Below are positions 26,756-40,100 of a stretch of 64,000 nt of DNA, piece by piece. Both the position numbers and the translations under genes were made by a program. Under the pieces are notes generated by a model. The model searched no databases. It was not told the origin of the DNA and was given only the letters and a program-made list of their open reading frames with translations. The DNA lies in the NCBI RefSeq assembly GCF_963921235.1, contig NC_086097.1:124622001-124686000 (forward strand), written 5' to 3'. Within the stretch, counting starts at the first letter, position 1; each line of letters begins with the position of its first letter. This DNA is from Mobula hypostoma (lineage: Eukaryota).

Positions 26756-28569
26756 AAGAGGTACAGGAGCTCAAAGTTCCTCCAGCATTTTGTGTGTGTT
26801 GCTTGGACTTCCAGCATCTGCAGATTTTCTCTTGTTTGTGATTACATTAACTCCCCTTGAATTCTACCAGTTGTCTATGGAACAATAAAACAGATTACTG
26901 GTAGGATTGGTGGAAAATTTGACGTTTGACGGCACAGGATTGCAGTGGGCCTAAAGGGTCTGGTGTCCTGCTGGGTCACCCTATCTCCCAAGTGAAAAGG
27001 TAATCCAGCACTTGACAGTCTATAAAGGCCAGGGCAGCCAAACTTTCCCTAGGACATGAGCTTGTGTCATCTCTCCCAATCAATAATCATTGATTTCTTC
27101 CAGAAAGAGCAGCCAGAAGAGGTAAAATTAATCGTGGCAAATTTGTATGAAATTTGATTAAGTTATTAAGCATTGAACATTACAGCAGAGTAGAGGCCCT
27201 GTGGCCTTTGCGTCGGCATAATAACCCACTCCAAGGTCAACCTAACTCTTTCTTCCAACACAGCACTCCATTTTTCTATCACCCATATGCCTATCTTGAA
27301 CTTCCTAAATGTAACTGCCTCTACCACCATCCCCGGCAGTGCGTTTCTTGCACCCACTACTCCCTGTGTAAAAAAAAACTTACCTCTGACAACTCTCTAT
27401 GCTTCCTCCAATCACCTTAAAGTTATGCCTTCTTGTATTAGCTATTTCCATCCTGGGGAAAAGTCTCTGGCTACCCACTCAATCCATGTATCTTATCACC
27501 ATGTGCACCTCGATCAAGTCACCTCTCATCCTCTTTCACTCCAAAGCTTGCTCAGCCTATCCTCGTAGGACATGCTCTCTAATCCAGGCAGCATCCTGGT
27601 AAATCTTATCTCGTTCAAGGTTAATTTATTATCAAAATTTGTATAAGTCATTATATACTACCTTGAGATTTATTTTCTTGCAGGTATTCACAGTAGAACA
27701 AAATACATAAAATCAATGAAAGACTGACATACAACCAATGTGCAAAAGAGGACAATTGTGCAAATGAAGGAGATAGATAGATAGATAATGAAAACATGAG
27801 TTATAGAGTCCTGAAAAGTGTGTAAAGTTACCTATGCTGGTTTAGGAGCATAATGATTTAAGGGTAATAACTGTCCCTGAACCTGGTGATGTGGGACCTG
27901 AGGCTCCTGTACCTCCTGCCCAATGGCAGTAGCAAGAAGAGAGCATGGTCTAAATGGTGGGGGGGGGAGGGGTGTGAGGTGTCCTTGATGATGGACATTG
28001 CTTTCTTATGGCAGCGCTCCTTGTAGTTGTGCACAAATGGTAGGAAAGGCTTTGCCTGTGATGGACTGGGCCGTATCCACTACTTTTTATAGGCCTTTCC
28101 GTTTTTAGGCATGGGTGTTCCACACTAGGCTCTGATGTTAACAGTGAGAATACTCTCCACTTCGCATCTATATAATGAGGTGACCAGAAGTGAACATTGA
28201 AAATGAAATTTCTGGAATTAAAACTACAAAAACTAGAATCAAGGAAGCTACTTTAACCAGACCAACAACAGCCCAATACAGGTGTTACAATGGACCAACA
28301 ATTCTATATTACATGGATGGGACCGGGCGGTGAAGCCACCTAAGGTCATTAGCGTGTGAGTTGCAATCTAACTCGCAAATACAAGAGCGTTACAAAGTTG
28401 ATCCTTCAACCCCACACCGAACAAAATATAACGCTGGCAAGATGGAAGGCTAACCAATAAATAGTACCCAACATGACATTGCTCTTGCATCACTCTTATG
28501 CAAGAAAAGAAAAATTTTTAAAGAATGAAAAAGTCGTATTTGCAAGAACTCAGTTTTATGCCTACAGGC

Positions 28570-29125
28570 AATTATAAGACACGCAGCTCTCTTTTATTGT
28601 CATTTACTAATGCATGCATTAAGAAATGATACAATATTTCCTCCGATGTGATATCACAAAACACAGGACAGATCAAGACTGAAAAAACTAACAAAATCAC
28701 ATAATTATAACATATAGTTACAACAGTGCAACAATACCATAACTTACAATAACTTAATGAAGAACAGTCCATGAGCACAGTAAAAGTTCAACGTCTCTCA
28801 AATGTCCCACATCTCACGCAGACGGGAGAAGGAAGAAAAACTCTCCCTGCCATGCTGACCACAATCCGACTCTGAGTCATCCGAAAACTTCGAGCTTTGA
28901 TCAGCTCTCCGACACCGAGTACTGAGCACCATCTCTGTCCGATCGATTTGACCTCAATCTTGGTCGCCAACAGCAGGCAAAGCCGGGGATATTGAGGCCT
29001 TCCCTCCGGAAGATTCATGATCACGCAGTAACGACAGCAGCGAACGAGCGTTTCAGAAATTTCTCCAGATGTTCCTCTGTGCTTTCACGTCTGTCTCCAT
29101 CAAATCAGAATTGTCCACGGCCCCA
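28570..29125 (-). mobile_element. Non-coding retroposon family (truncated copy); longer copy at 44272-44915
   Basis: Reverse-complement similarity to 44350-44915 over about 550 bp. Confidence 0.8.
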
Positions 29126-29834
29126 ATTACACTCAAATTGACGCAGAAACTCTAACATAGAAATATTATAAACCTTTCTTTGATATACCGTTATTGTGCG
29201 TTCGTTATTCCGACTTCCATCTCAAGTTCATGTTTGTTGTCATTCAACAATACACGTGCCAAACGAAACATTGTTCCTCTGGGGCCAAGGTGCAAAACAC
29301 AGTGAAAGTAGTCACACACGGTCACAAACAGCATAGCTACGATCCAACGCATACACTCACACAACAATATTAGCACAAGTCCCTGTGGCATGGCCTGAAG
29401 ATTGACAAAGTGAGAGAGCAGGTTTATATAAGACAATATCATGTTACAGGCACTATTAGAATAAAACAAGTGCTCGTATGAATATGAGAAACAGCAGCAA
29501 CAGAGGATGAAAAATGACCAGTGCAGGAGGAGAGTGTGTCTGTCAGTTGGGGGAAGAGGTGGGGGGCAGCAGGACATTCATACAGGGTGTACATGTGTGC
29601 TGGGTGGCAGCAGGGTGTTAAGAAGTCTAACAGCCTGACACGGCAGCTGTACAGTGAAATACATAAAATATACTATCACTTAAATTAAGAAATATATATG
29701 TATAAATAATTAAACAAGTTGTGCAAAAAGAGAGTAAGAGTAGTGAGTAAAAATAACAGAGCAGCATCTGTGAAGAAGAGAAATATTTTGTCGAAATAAT
29801 GCACAATGTTAATCAGCACTGCAGCCTGAGTAGT

Positions 29835-30930
29835 AGTCTGCTTTCAGGATGAGGTTTTTCATTCCAGAACTAAGATGATGTCCTCCTTCTTCAAAGGAAG
29901 GGGCTTCCCTTCCTCCACCATCAATGGTGCTCTCAACCTCATCTCTTCCTGCCAGCCCACCAGAGATAGGGTTCCTCTTGTCCTCACCTACCACCCAACT
30001 AGCGTCCACGTCTAGCACATAATTCTCCAGAATTTACACCACCTCCAACAAAATCCTACCTCCAAGCACATCTTTCCCTCTTCCCCCAACTTTCTGCTTT
30101 CCGCAGGCATCACTCCCTATGCAACTCCCTTGTCCATTCGTCCCTCCCCACTGATCTCACGCCTTGCAAGCGAAACAAGTGCTATACCTGCCCCTACACC
30201 TCCTACCTCACTACCATCCAGGACCCTAAACAGTCCTTCCAGGTGAGGCAACACTTCACCTGTGAGTCTGTTGGAGTCATATACCATGTCTGGTGCTCCC
30301 AGTGTGACCTGTTGGATATCGGTGAGACCCAATGTAAATTGGGACACCGCTTTGCCAAACAGCTATGCTCCATCTGCCAGAAAAAGTGGGATCTCCCAGT
30401 GGCCACCAAATATAATTCCTCTTCCCATTCCAACATGTCAGTCCATGGCTTCCTCTACTGTCATGATGAGGCCACACTCAAGTTGAAGGAGTAACACATT
30501 ATATTCCATCTGGGTGGCCTCCAAACTGATAGCGTGAACATAGATTTCTCAAACCTCTGGTAATGGCCCCCCACTTTCCTTCCACATTTCCATTTCCCTG
30601 TCTCACCTCATCTCCTTACCTGCCCATCACCTCCCTCTGGTGCTCCTCCCCCTTTCTTCTATGGCTTTCTGTTCCCTCCTATCAGATTCCCCCTTCTCCA
30701 ACCCTGTATCTCTTTCACCAACTTCCCAGCTCTTTACTTCATCCCTCTCCTCCCAGTTTCAGCTATTAGCTTGTGTTTCTTCCTCCGCTCCCTCTTAGCT
30801 CTGACTCCTCATCTTTTTTTTCTCCAGTCCTGATGAAGGGTCTTGGCTCAACACATCGACTGTTTATTCTTTTCCATAGATGCTGCCTGGCCTGCTGACT
30901 TCCTCCAGCATTGTGTGTGTGTTGCTGAAA
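29835..30930 (+). mobile_element. Penelope-like element 3' part (GIY-YIG endonuclease remnant plus pseudo-LTR)
   Basis: FTCESVGVIYHVWCSQCDLLDIGETQCKLGHRF GIY-YIG motif, then a pyrimidine-rich tract and a terminal repeat with a degenerate hammerhead. Confidence 0.9.
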
Positions 30931-31502
30931 TCTGAGCATACTGGAATGTGCATTACACTCTGGCATTTTTACACCAGAAGGATCAAGTTAAAAACACAAA
31001 CATACCAACTGGCTGCAGTCATCAGACAAGTGACAAATGAAAAGAAAAAATCAGAATTGCCTGAAGCAGGTAAAAATCACTTAGATTTAACTCTATGTTA
31101 AATCCCAGTTATTTCTAGGATAAGACAAAAATATAAGAGTGGTCTGCAATATTCCTTTACACACCATTAAACAAATTAGTGCTCAAAACTTAAGTACTTA
31201 GCTTTGAGCACATCGACACTCAAGCCAATATCTCCTTTGCCAAATTGTTATCTCCTTCAGAAAATTGAGACTGCAGATCTGAGATAAAAACCAAAGCTGG
31301 AACCTGCTGGATGCTGCCTGACCTTCTGAACAATTCTAGCACTTCCTGTTGTTATCTCCTTCAGCTGCCTCAGCAAATGCTATTTTGTTAAAATTTCAGT
31401 GTCGCCATCTTCCTTTGAATAATGCATTGCTAAACAGGTGTAGCATGTAAATTACAGCTGGGACACTGAAACTCAAAGTCAAAGTAAATTTATCAGAGTA
31501 CG

Positions 31503-32034
31503 CACACTCAGTGGCCACTTTATTAGGTACACCTGCTCAGCAACAGAAATATCTGATCAGCCAATCATGTGACAGCAACTCCGTGCATAAAAGTAGGCAG
31601 ACATGGTCAAGAGGTTCAGATCAAACATCAGAATGTGGCAGAAATGAGATGCGTGTGATTTTGACCGTGGAATGATTGTTGGTGCCAGACGGGGTAATTT
31701 GAGTATCTCAGAAATTGCTGATCTCCTGGGATTTTCATACACAACAGCCTCTAGAGTTTACAGAGAATTGTGTGGAAAACAAGAAACGTCCAGTGAGTAG
31801 CATTTCTGTGGGTGAAAATGCCTCCTTAATGAGAGAGGTCAGAGGAGAATGGCCAGACTGTTTCAAGCTGACAGGAAGGTGACAGTAACTCAAATAACCA
31901 CACATTACAACAGTGGTGTGCAGAAGAGCATCTCTGAATGCACAGCACGTCGAAACTTGAAGTTGATGGGCTACAGCAGCAAAAGACCGCACTGGGTTCC
32001 ACTCCTGTACCTCATCAAGTGGCCACAGTGTGTC
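31503..32034 (+). mobile_element. Tc1-derived MITE with TIRs
   Basis: CACTCAGTGGCCACTTTATTAGGTAC at the left end and GTACCTCATCAAGTGGCCACAGTGTG at the right end. Confidence 0.85.
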
Positions 32035-32889
32035 TATGACAACGTATACTGTACTACAATGAGATTCATTTTCTGACAGGAACTTACAGGAAAGTAAAAG
32101 AAATACAACTCAGTACCACTCAGCCAGGTTTTCAACCTCCCTCCGACATGCTGATTCATCCCCACATTTGATTCGGCCTACAGCACTGGTGACATCAGCA
32201 AACTTGAACGTGGCATTGGAGCTGTGCTTAGCCACACAGTCTTAAGTGTAAAGTGAGCAGAGCAGAGTGTGATATCTAACAACTAATTTGACAATACAAT
32301 TCTCCATCATTCATTGACGTGTAGAGAGATGCTCATTCCGTGCCCAGTTCCTTCAACACAATCTGGAAGCGTGCAGTGATGCATCACAATGTTGTTATTA
32401 ACTTTGATCCCGAACACAGAAAATGAGCCAACTGTTCAAACAGATTAATATCTCACTATTCAAAATCATTTTAGTAATTTGAAATAAAGGTGGTGGTCCA
32501 ACACCACCAGAATCAGGAAGAGTTCCTACCCTTCAACCATCAGGCTCCTGAACCAGCGCAGATAACTTCACTCACCTCAACCCTGAACTGATTCCACAAC
32601 CAACAGACTCACTTTCAAAGATATCTCAGCTCAGTATTATTTATTATTATTAGTTTTTTTTTGTGTTAGCACAGTTGGATCGTTTCTCATAGTAATTAAT
32701 TCCCTTCTCAACATTGCATAAGTAACCTGCATTTATTTATCTATCTGATTTAGAGAGACAGCACAGTAACAGGTCCTTTCAGCCCAATGAGTCTGCACTG
32801 TGCAATCAGCATACTCACCCATACATCTTTGTGTTGTGGGGGGAACCAGAACATCCAGAGGGAGCCTACATGTTCACGGGGAGAACGTA

Positions 32890-34262
32890 GAAAATAAATC
32901 AGAATCAGAATCGGGTTTATTATCACCGGCATGTGTCGTGAAATTTGCTAACTTAGCAGCAGCAGTTCAATACAATACATAATATAGATGAAAAAATAAA
33001 AATAAAGCAGTAAATCAATAACAGTATGTGTATATTGAATAAATTAAAAATTGTGCCAAAAAACCTGAAATAATATATATTAAAAAAGTGAGGTAGTGTT
33101 CATGGGTTCAATGTCCATTTAGGAATCGGATGGCAGAGGGGAAGAAGCTGTTCCTGAATCACTGAGTGTGTGCCTTCAGGCTTCTGTACCTCCTACCTGA
33201 TGGTAACAGTGAGAAAAGGGCATGCCCTGGGTGCTGGATAATAGACGCTGCCTTTCTGAGACACCGCTCCTTGAAGATGTCCTGGGTACTTTGTAGGCTG
33301 GTACCCAAGATGGAGCCGACTAAATTTATGGTCTCTGCAGCTTCTTTCTGTCCTATGCAGTAAGCCCCTCCCCCCACACCAAGACAGTGATGCAGCCTGT
33401 CAGAAAGCTCTCCACTGTACATCTATAGAAGTTTTTGAGTGTATTTGTTGACATACCAAATCTCTTCAAACTCTTAATGAAGTATAGCCGCAGTCTTGCC
33501 TTCTTTATAGCTGCATCGATATGTTGGGACCAGGTTAGATCCTCAGAGATCTTGACATTCAGGAACCTGAAACTGTTTGCACTCCCCACTTCTGATCCCT
33601 CTGTGAGGATTGCTATGTGTTCCTTCGTCTTACCCTTCCTGAGGTCCACAATCAGCTCTTTTGTCTTACTGATGTTGAGTGTAAGATTGTTGCAGCACCA
33701 CTCTGCTAGTTGGTATATCTCGCTCCTGTACGCCTTCTCGTCTCCATCTGAGATTCTACCAGCAACAGTTGTATCATCAGCAAATTTATAGATGGTATTT
33801 GAGCTATGCCTAGCCACACAGTCATGCGTATAGAGAGAGTAGAGCAGTGGGCTAAGCACACAGCCCTGAGGTGCATCAGTGTTGATCGTCCGTGAAGAGG
33901 AGAAATTATCACCAATCCACACAGACTGTGGTCTTGCGGTTAGGAAGCTGAGGATCCAATTGCAGAGGGAGGTGCAGAGGCCCAGGTTCTGCAACTTCTC
34001 AATCAGGATTATGGGAATGATGGTATTAAATGCTGAGCTATAGTCGATGAACGGCATCCTGACGAAGCTGTTTGTGTTGTCCAGGTGGTCTAAGGCCATG
34101 TGAAGAGTAATTGAGACTGTGTTTGCATTGACCTATTGTGGCAATAGGCAAATTGCAGTGGGTCCAGGTACTTGCTGAGGCAGGAGTTCAGTCTTGCCAT
34201 GACCAACCTCTCAAAGCATTTTATCACTGTCGATGTGAGTGCTACTGGGTGATAGTCATTGA
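32890..34262 (-). mobile_element. Rex1/Babar LINE RT fragment
   Basis: [30 protein letters not shown] and KFADDTT motifs. Confidence 0.92.
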
Positions 34263-35182
34263 TTCTTACAGACAGTGGTGGGAATTGAACCCTTGTTGCT
34301 GGTAACAGTGTTACACTAACCACTAAGCTACTGTGCCACTAAAATGTCCAAACCAGACACCACAAAGCACTTCACCAATAACTACTGGAGAAGGAACAGG
34401 GGAGCCTTAAGGGGGTGGTCAAGAATTACTTTAAGAAGAAATAAAGTGAAGTGGTTTCAAGTGGTCAGTAAGCAGGTGGGATAATTTTAGGTACTAATCG
34501 AACAGATCCAGATGAGGATAACTCTTTTAAAAAAAGTTTTCATCTGGAATGTAGAGACTGGAAGCATTGTCAAAGTACAGGTATATAATTTTTTTTAATG
34601 GATTTGGACAGATGTTGAAATACTGAAGGCCTTTGGGAAAAGGGCAACAGAACAAGATTACGGAACATCCTTTTAATGAGTCAACATAAACACAATAGGT
34701 GAGATAACTTTCATCTTTGCTGTACTCACTGGTATTTGGGTAGTAAATGAGACAAGGGTCCAGAGGAGGTGCACAAGAATGAAAGGGTTAATGCATGAGG
34801 AATGTTTGAATATAATGCTTTTAATTGCACAATGGACAAAATGCTGGAGGAACTCAGCAGGCGAGGCAGCATCTATGGAAAATGTACATTCGATAGGTGA
34901 AACTTGGAGGGGGAAGGATGAAGCAAAGAGCGAGGAAGTTGATTGGTGAAGGAGACAGAAGGCCATGGACCAACTGACAATCCTCTCTCCCCTCCCCTCA
35001 TCTTTCAAATCTACTCCTCAGCGTTTTTCCCTTCAGTCCTGCTGAAAGGTTTCGACCTGAAACGTCGACTGTACTTTTTTCCATAGATGCTGCCTGGCCT
35101 GCTGAGTTCCTCCAGCATTTTGTCTGTGTTGCTCAGATTTCCAGCATCTGCAGATTTTTTCTTGCTTGTAATTGCATAATGG

Positions 35183-35794
35183 TGCTGATGCTTTGTAATA
35201 GTTCGACCAAGCTAAAAATGTTTTATTAATGATTTTCATTTGGGCTCAGTGTCTGAGGCTTCTTGCTTAAGTGTCCAACGATAATCAGTCAGCATTGATG
35301 GATTCCAGTTGTCCTGATACTGTTTCTCCATGACCGCAATGGCCTGATGAAACCTTTCACTGTGCTCATCACTGACAGCACCAAGATTTGCAAGGAAGGA
35401 GTCTAAATGGGAAAGCAGAAAAAGAATCTTTAGTGACATATTGCATTTCATGGTTTTGTATGCTTGAAGCATGTTGTCAACCAGCTGCATGTAGTTTGGT
35501 ACTCCGTAGTTGCCAAGGAAATTTTCAACAACTATCCTTGAATTTCTCTGCTCGCACTAGAGTTACAGTATTCAAGTTACCTGTTATTGATGACCTGTTT
35601 TATTTGTGGACCAACAAAAATGCCTTCCTGGATCTTCGTAGTTATTCTGACTTGAAGTATAAATTGAAATGTAGGCATTTTTTTATAAATGGTGTTTTAT
35701 AGGAAATTTTCAAGGTAATTTTCATGCTCTGAGGCCCAAAATCCACAAGGTACACCCAAAAGTATTCAGGAAGCAAAATTTTTGTTGTCCAGTG
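35183..35794 (-). mobile_element. Chapaev3-like (CMC) DNA transposon, internally deleted
   Basis: MSLKILFLLSHLDSFLANLGAVSDEHSERFHQ...MLTDYRW resembles the recalled Chapaev3 catalytic C-terminus; CACTGGACAAC terminus at 35794. Confidence 0.65.
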
Positions 35795-37199
35795 CTATCA
35801 GTTATGTTCAAAAAAGCATTTTTGTCACTGATAGCTGGTGAGAAATAAGCAGTAAGACAATTTAGAACTGTTTCACTCGCTGTGATTTCAAGCACTCAGG
35901 TTTGAATCTGTGAAGAATTTAAAGGTATTGACAATCATCTTAAATATCACAATGAAATTTAAGATATGATGGATACAATTTTCGATAGCATTGTATGAAG
36001 GCAGTCCATTATTTGCACTTAGTGTTTTCTCAATGATTTTGTTCATTGCGTACACTGGATGAATTCCTCTGTCAATAACTATTAGGAACTAATACAGTTT
36101 TATGGTACTGCGGTACTATTAGCAGTGTTCTAATTTGTTCCATATTTCATTTAAATACACAATCTGTCACTCAGTTTATCTTTTTCATCCCTTTTTAACT
36201 ATTTCCATGAAACTTCAGCTAACTGGAAAAGCTGCTTAATTGGACCAAAATGAACTGGTCCTGCTGTGTCCCAATTAGCAGGAATCCACTGTATTGAGAA
36301 CATGAGTCGTAGAGTCCTTGAAAGTGAGTTCATAGGTTCTGGAATCAGTTCAGTGTTGAGGTGAGTGAGGTTATTCACGCTGGTTCAGGAGCCTGATGGC
36401 TGATGGGCAGTAACTAATCACAGCATAATGCCATTTCCACCGCAGGGCCAAATCCATAACTCCCTAATTCAGTACAAGTGTGAAAACTGAGACAAGACTT
36501 ACATTTAATCCAACCCTGGGATGGATTTTCTTTTCTATGAAATTAAGATTTATTCAAACCCAGCAACAACCGATCTGAATCCAATTCAGACCAGAAGAGC
36601 TTATTTGTTTGGGGGCTGACTTGAACCTGACGTATAATTGGGATCCATCAGATTCAGGCTGGGTATCTCACGCTATGAGGCCTTCTCCCCCAACTACTGG
36701 GTGTCATAAGGTCAAATGGATAACAGAATGGATTCCCATCTTTTCACTTAGTTCCTTTGGTCTAACACGGTTCACATTGAACATAGAACACAGTGTCATA
36801 AAACAGGCCATTCAGCCCATCAATTCCCTGCTGATTGTCAAGCATACTGATCTCTAATGGGCAACTCAACAAAAACAGTAAGCTTAAGATTCTTTTAATA
36901 CACTAATGTTCAGTGTCACAGATAGAACAAAATTGTACTGGGAAAACATCTCTACCATTAATTCATGATTGTTAATTGGAACTATAGTCCAATTTATATA
37001 AACAATTATACCAAAGCACCCCTTCCTCCATGCAAGTTTAGATCCTAAAAGCAAGTAAATATGAAACTTATATTTTACAGTTTCATAAGAATGAAGATAA
37101 ACAGATTTTAAAAAACCAAGAACAGCTGAAAATACTCAGCAGGCCACATACCATTTGTAGAGAAAGATAAAGCAATAATTCAGGTTGTTATAATTCACA

Positions 37200-40100
37200 A
37201 GGTCAGTAAGATAATGGCCCAAGTGGCAGTGTGATCACGGGACCATCGCAGCAGGAGGAGGAGTTAGGGGCTCTGGAGAGCACAGAGTACTGGAAAGCAG
37301 CTGAGGAGCTGAGATGAGTGTGCTTTAAAAGGAGCGTGGAGGGCAACTGAAGGGTTAAACAGAGTGTTGATTAGTTGATTAGAGGGAGTGAGTACTTGAT
37401 CATTGTCAGGGACAAATGAAAGGAGGGGTAACTGAAGAGGAGCGGCCAGTGTGTGAGTGGCTCAGGGTAGGAGTGGAGCTTTGAGGCTTTGGCTCGAGAG
37501 GCTTTGGCGAGCAGAGGCTAAGGACGAGCTTGCTCCCAGTGAGGTAAGGCCGGGTAAGTTCCTTTAAATTAATTTAATTAACTTAAGAGTAGGTCATGGA
37601 GGCAGCAGTTAGGGCAGTCAAGTGCTCCGTATGCTGTATGTGGGAAGTCAGGGCGAGCACAGTTGTCCCTGATGACTACACCTGTAAAAGGTGCATCCAG
37701 CTGCAGCTCCTGACAAACCGAGTTAGGGAACTGGAGCTGGAGCTGGATGAACTTCGGATCATTCGTGAGGCAGAGGCAGAAATAGACAGGAGTTTCAGGG
37801 AGACAGTCACCCCTAAAAGTCAGGATGCAGGTAGCTGGGTGACTGTCAGGAGAGGAAAGGGGAATAGACAGAAAGAGCAGAGCACCCCTGTGGCCGATCC
37901 CATCAACAATAAGTATACCATTTTGGATACTGTTGGTGGGGACGACCTACCAGGGACAAGTTGTAGTGGATGCGTCTCTGGCACCAAGACTGGACCCTCA
38001 GCTCAGAAAGGAAGGAGGGAAAAGAGGAGAGCAGTAGTGATAGGGGATTCGATAGTTAGGGGGACAGATAAGAGGTTCTGTGCAAGAGATCGAGAATCCC
38101 GGATGGTCTGTTGCCTCCCTGCTGCCAGAGTCTGCAATATCTCAGATCAAGTTCTCGCTGTTCTCAGGAGGGAGGATGAGCAGCCAGATGTTGTGATCCA
38201 TGTAGGGACCAATGACGTGGATAGGAAGGAGGAGAAGGTCCTGCAAAGAGAGTTTAGGGAGTTAGGTGCAAAGTTGAAGGACAGGACCCCTAGGGTTGCA
38301 ATCTCAGGATTGCTACCCGTGCCATGTGCTAGTGAGATTAGAAATAGGAAGGTAATGCAGCTAAATACGTGGCTAAGGAGATGGTGCAGGAGGGAGGGCT
38401 TCATGTTTATGGACAATTAGGCTTTGTTCCAGGGAAGGTGGAACCTGTTCCGACAGGACAGTTTGCTCCTGAACTGGAGGGGGACTAACATCCTTGTGGG
38501 TAGATTTGCTAGTGCTGCTCCGGGGGGTTTAAACTAGATTTGCAGGGGGAGGGGAACCAGAGTGTTAGAGCAGGTAGTGAGGTGGAGGAGGATAAAGGTC
38601 ATGCGAGGACTGCATGTATAGACAGAAATCAAAGGTTTGTACATGATAGAAATGTTCTCAGGTGCATCTATTTCAATGCAAGGAGTATTGTAGGTGAGTT
38701 TAGGGTGTGGATTAGCATGTGGGGCTATGACATTATTGCTATTAGTGAGACTTGGTTGCAGGAGGGGCAGGACTGGCAGCTTAATGATCCAGGGTTCCCT
38801 GTTTCAGATGTGACAGAGGGGGAGGGATGAAAGGGGGAGGAGTGGCATTGCTAGTCAGGGAAAATATCACAGCTGTGTGTAGACAGGACAGCCTGCAGGG
38901 CTTGTCTACAGAGGCTATATGGGTGGAGCTGAGGAACGGGAAAGGTGTGGCCACACTAAAAGGGTTGTATTATAGACTGCCCAATAGTCAGAGAGAATCG
39001 GAGGAGCAAGTCTGTAGAGAGATAGCAGACCAATGTAAGAAACAGAAAGTTGTAAAAGTAGGGGATTTTAACTTTGCACATATTGACTGGGACTCCCACA
39101 CTGTGAGAGGGCTAGATGGCTTGGAGTTTGTCAAATGTGTTCAGGAAAGTTTTCTAAATCAATATATAGAGGTACCTATGAGAAGGGATGCAATACTTGA
39201 TCTCCTATTAGGGAACCAGACAGTTCAGGTGACAGAAGTATGTGTAGGCGAACATTTTGGGTCCAGTGACCATAATGTCATTAGTTTCAAGTTAATTATG
39301 GATAAGGATAGGTCTGGTCCTTGAGTTGAGCTTCTGAATTGGAGAAGGGCCAATTTTGTGGAAATGAGAAAGGATCTAGGAAGACTGGATTGGGATAAGT
39401 TGTTTTCTGGCAAGGATGTGTTCAGTATGCGGAAGGCCTTCAAAGGTGAAATTTTGAGAGTACAGAGTTTGCGTGTTCCTGCCAGGATTAAAGGCAAAGT
39501 TAATAGGCATAGGGAACCTTGGTTTTCAAGGGATATTGGTGATCTGGTTAAGAAAAAGAGAAAGGTGTATAGCAGGTACAGGCAGCAAAGAACAAATGAG
39601 GTACTTGAAGAGTAAAGAAAATGTAAGAAAATACTAAAGAAGGAAATCAGGAAAGCAAAAGGAAGACATGAGGTTGCTTTTGCAGATAATGGGAGGGTAA
39701 ACCCAAAGGGTTTCTACAAGTATATTAAGAGTAAAAGGATAGTAAGGGACAAAATTGGTCCCCTAGAAGATCAGAGTGGCATAGCATAAACTGGCATAGC
39801 ATATATGGAAGGAAGGGAAACAAGCAGTAGTGTCATGGAACATACAGAGATTAAAGAGGAAGAGGTGCTTGCTGCCTTACAGCGAGTAAAGGTAGATAAA
39901 TCCCCCGGGCCTGACATGACATTTCTGCGGACCTTGAGAGAGACTAGTGTAGAAATTGCAGGGGCCCTGACAGAAATATTTTAAATGGTCTTAGCCATGG
40001 GTGTGGTGCTGGAGGATTGAAGGGTAGCTCATGTTGTTCCATTGTTTAAAAAAGTAAACCAGGTAACTACAGGCCAGTGAGCCTGATATCAGTAGTATGT

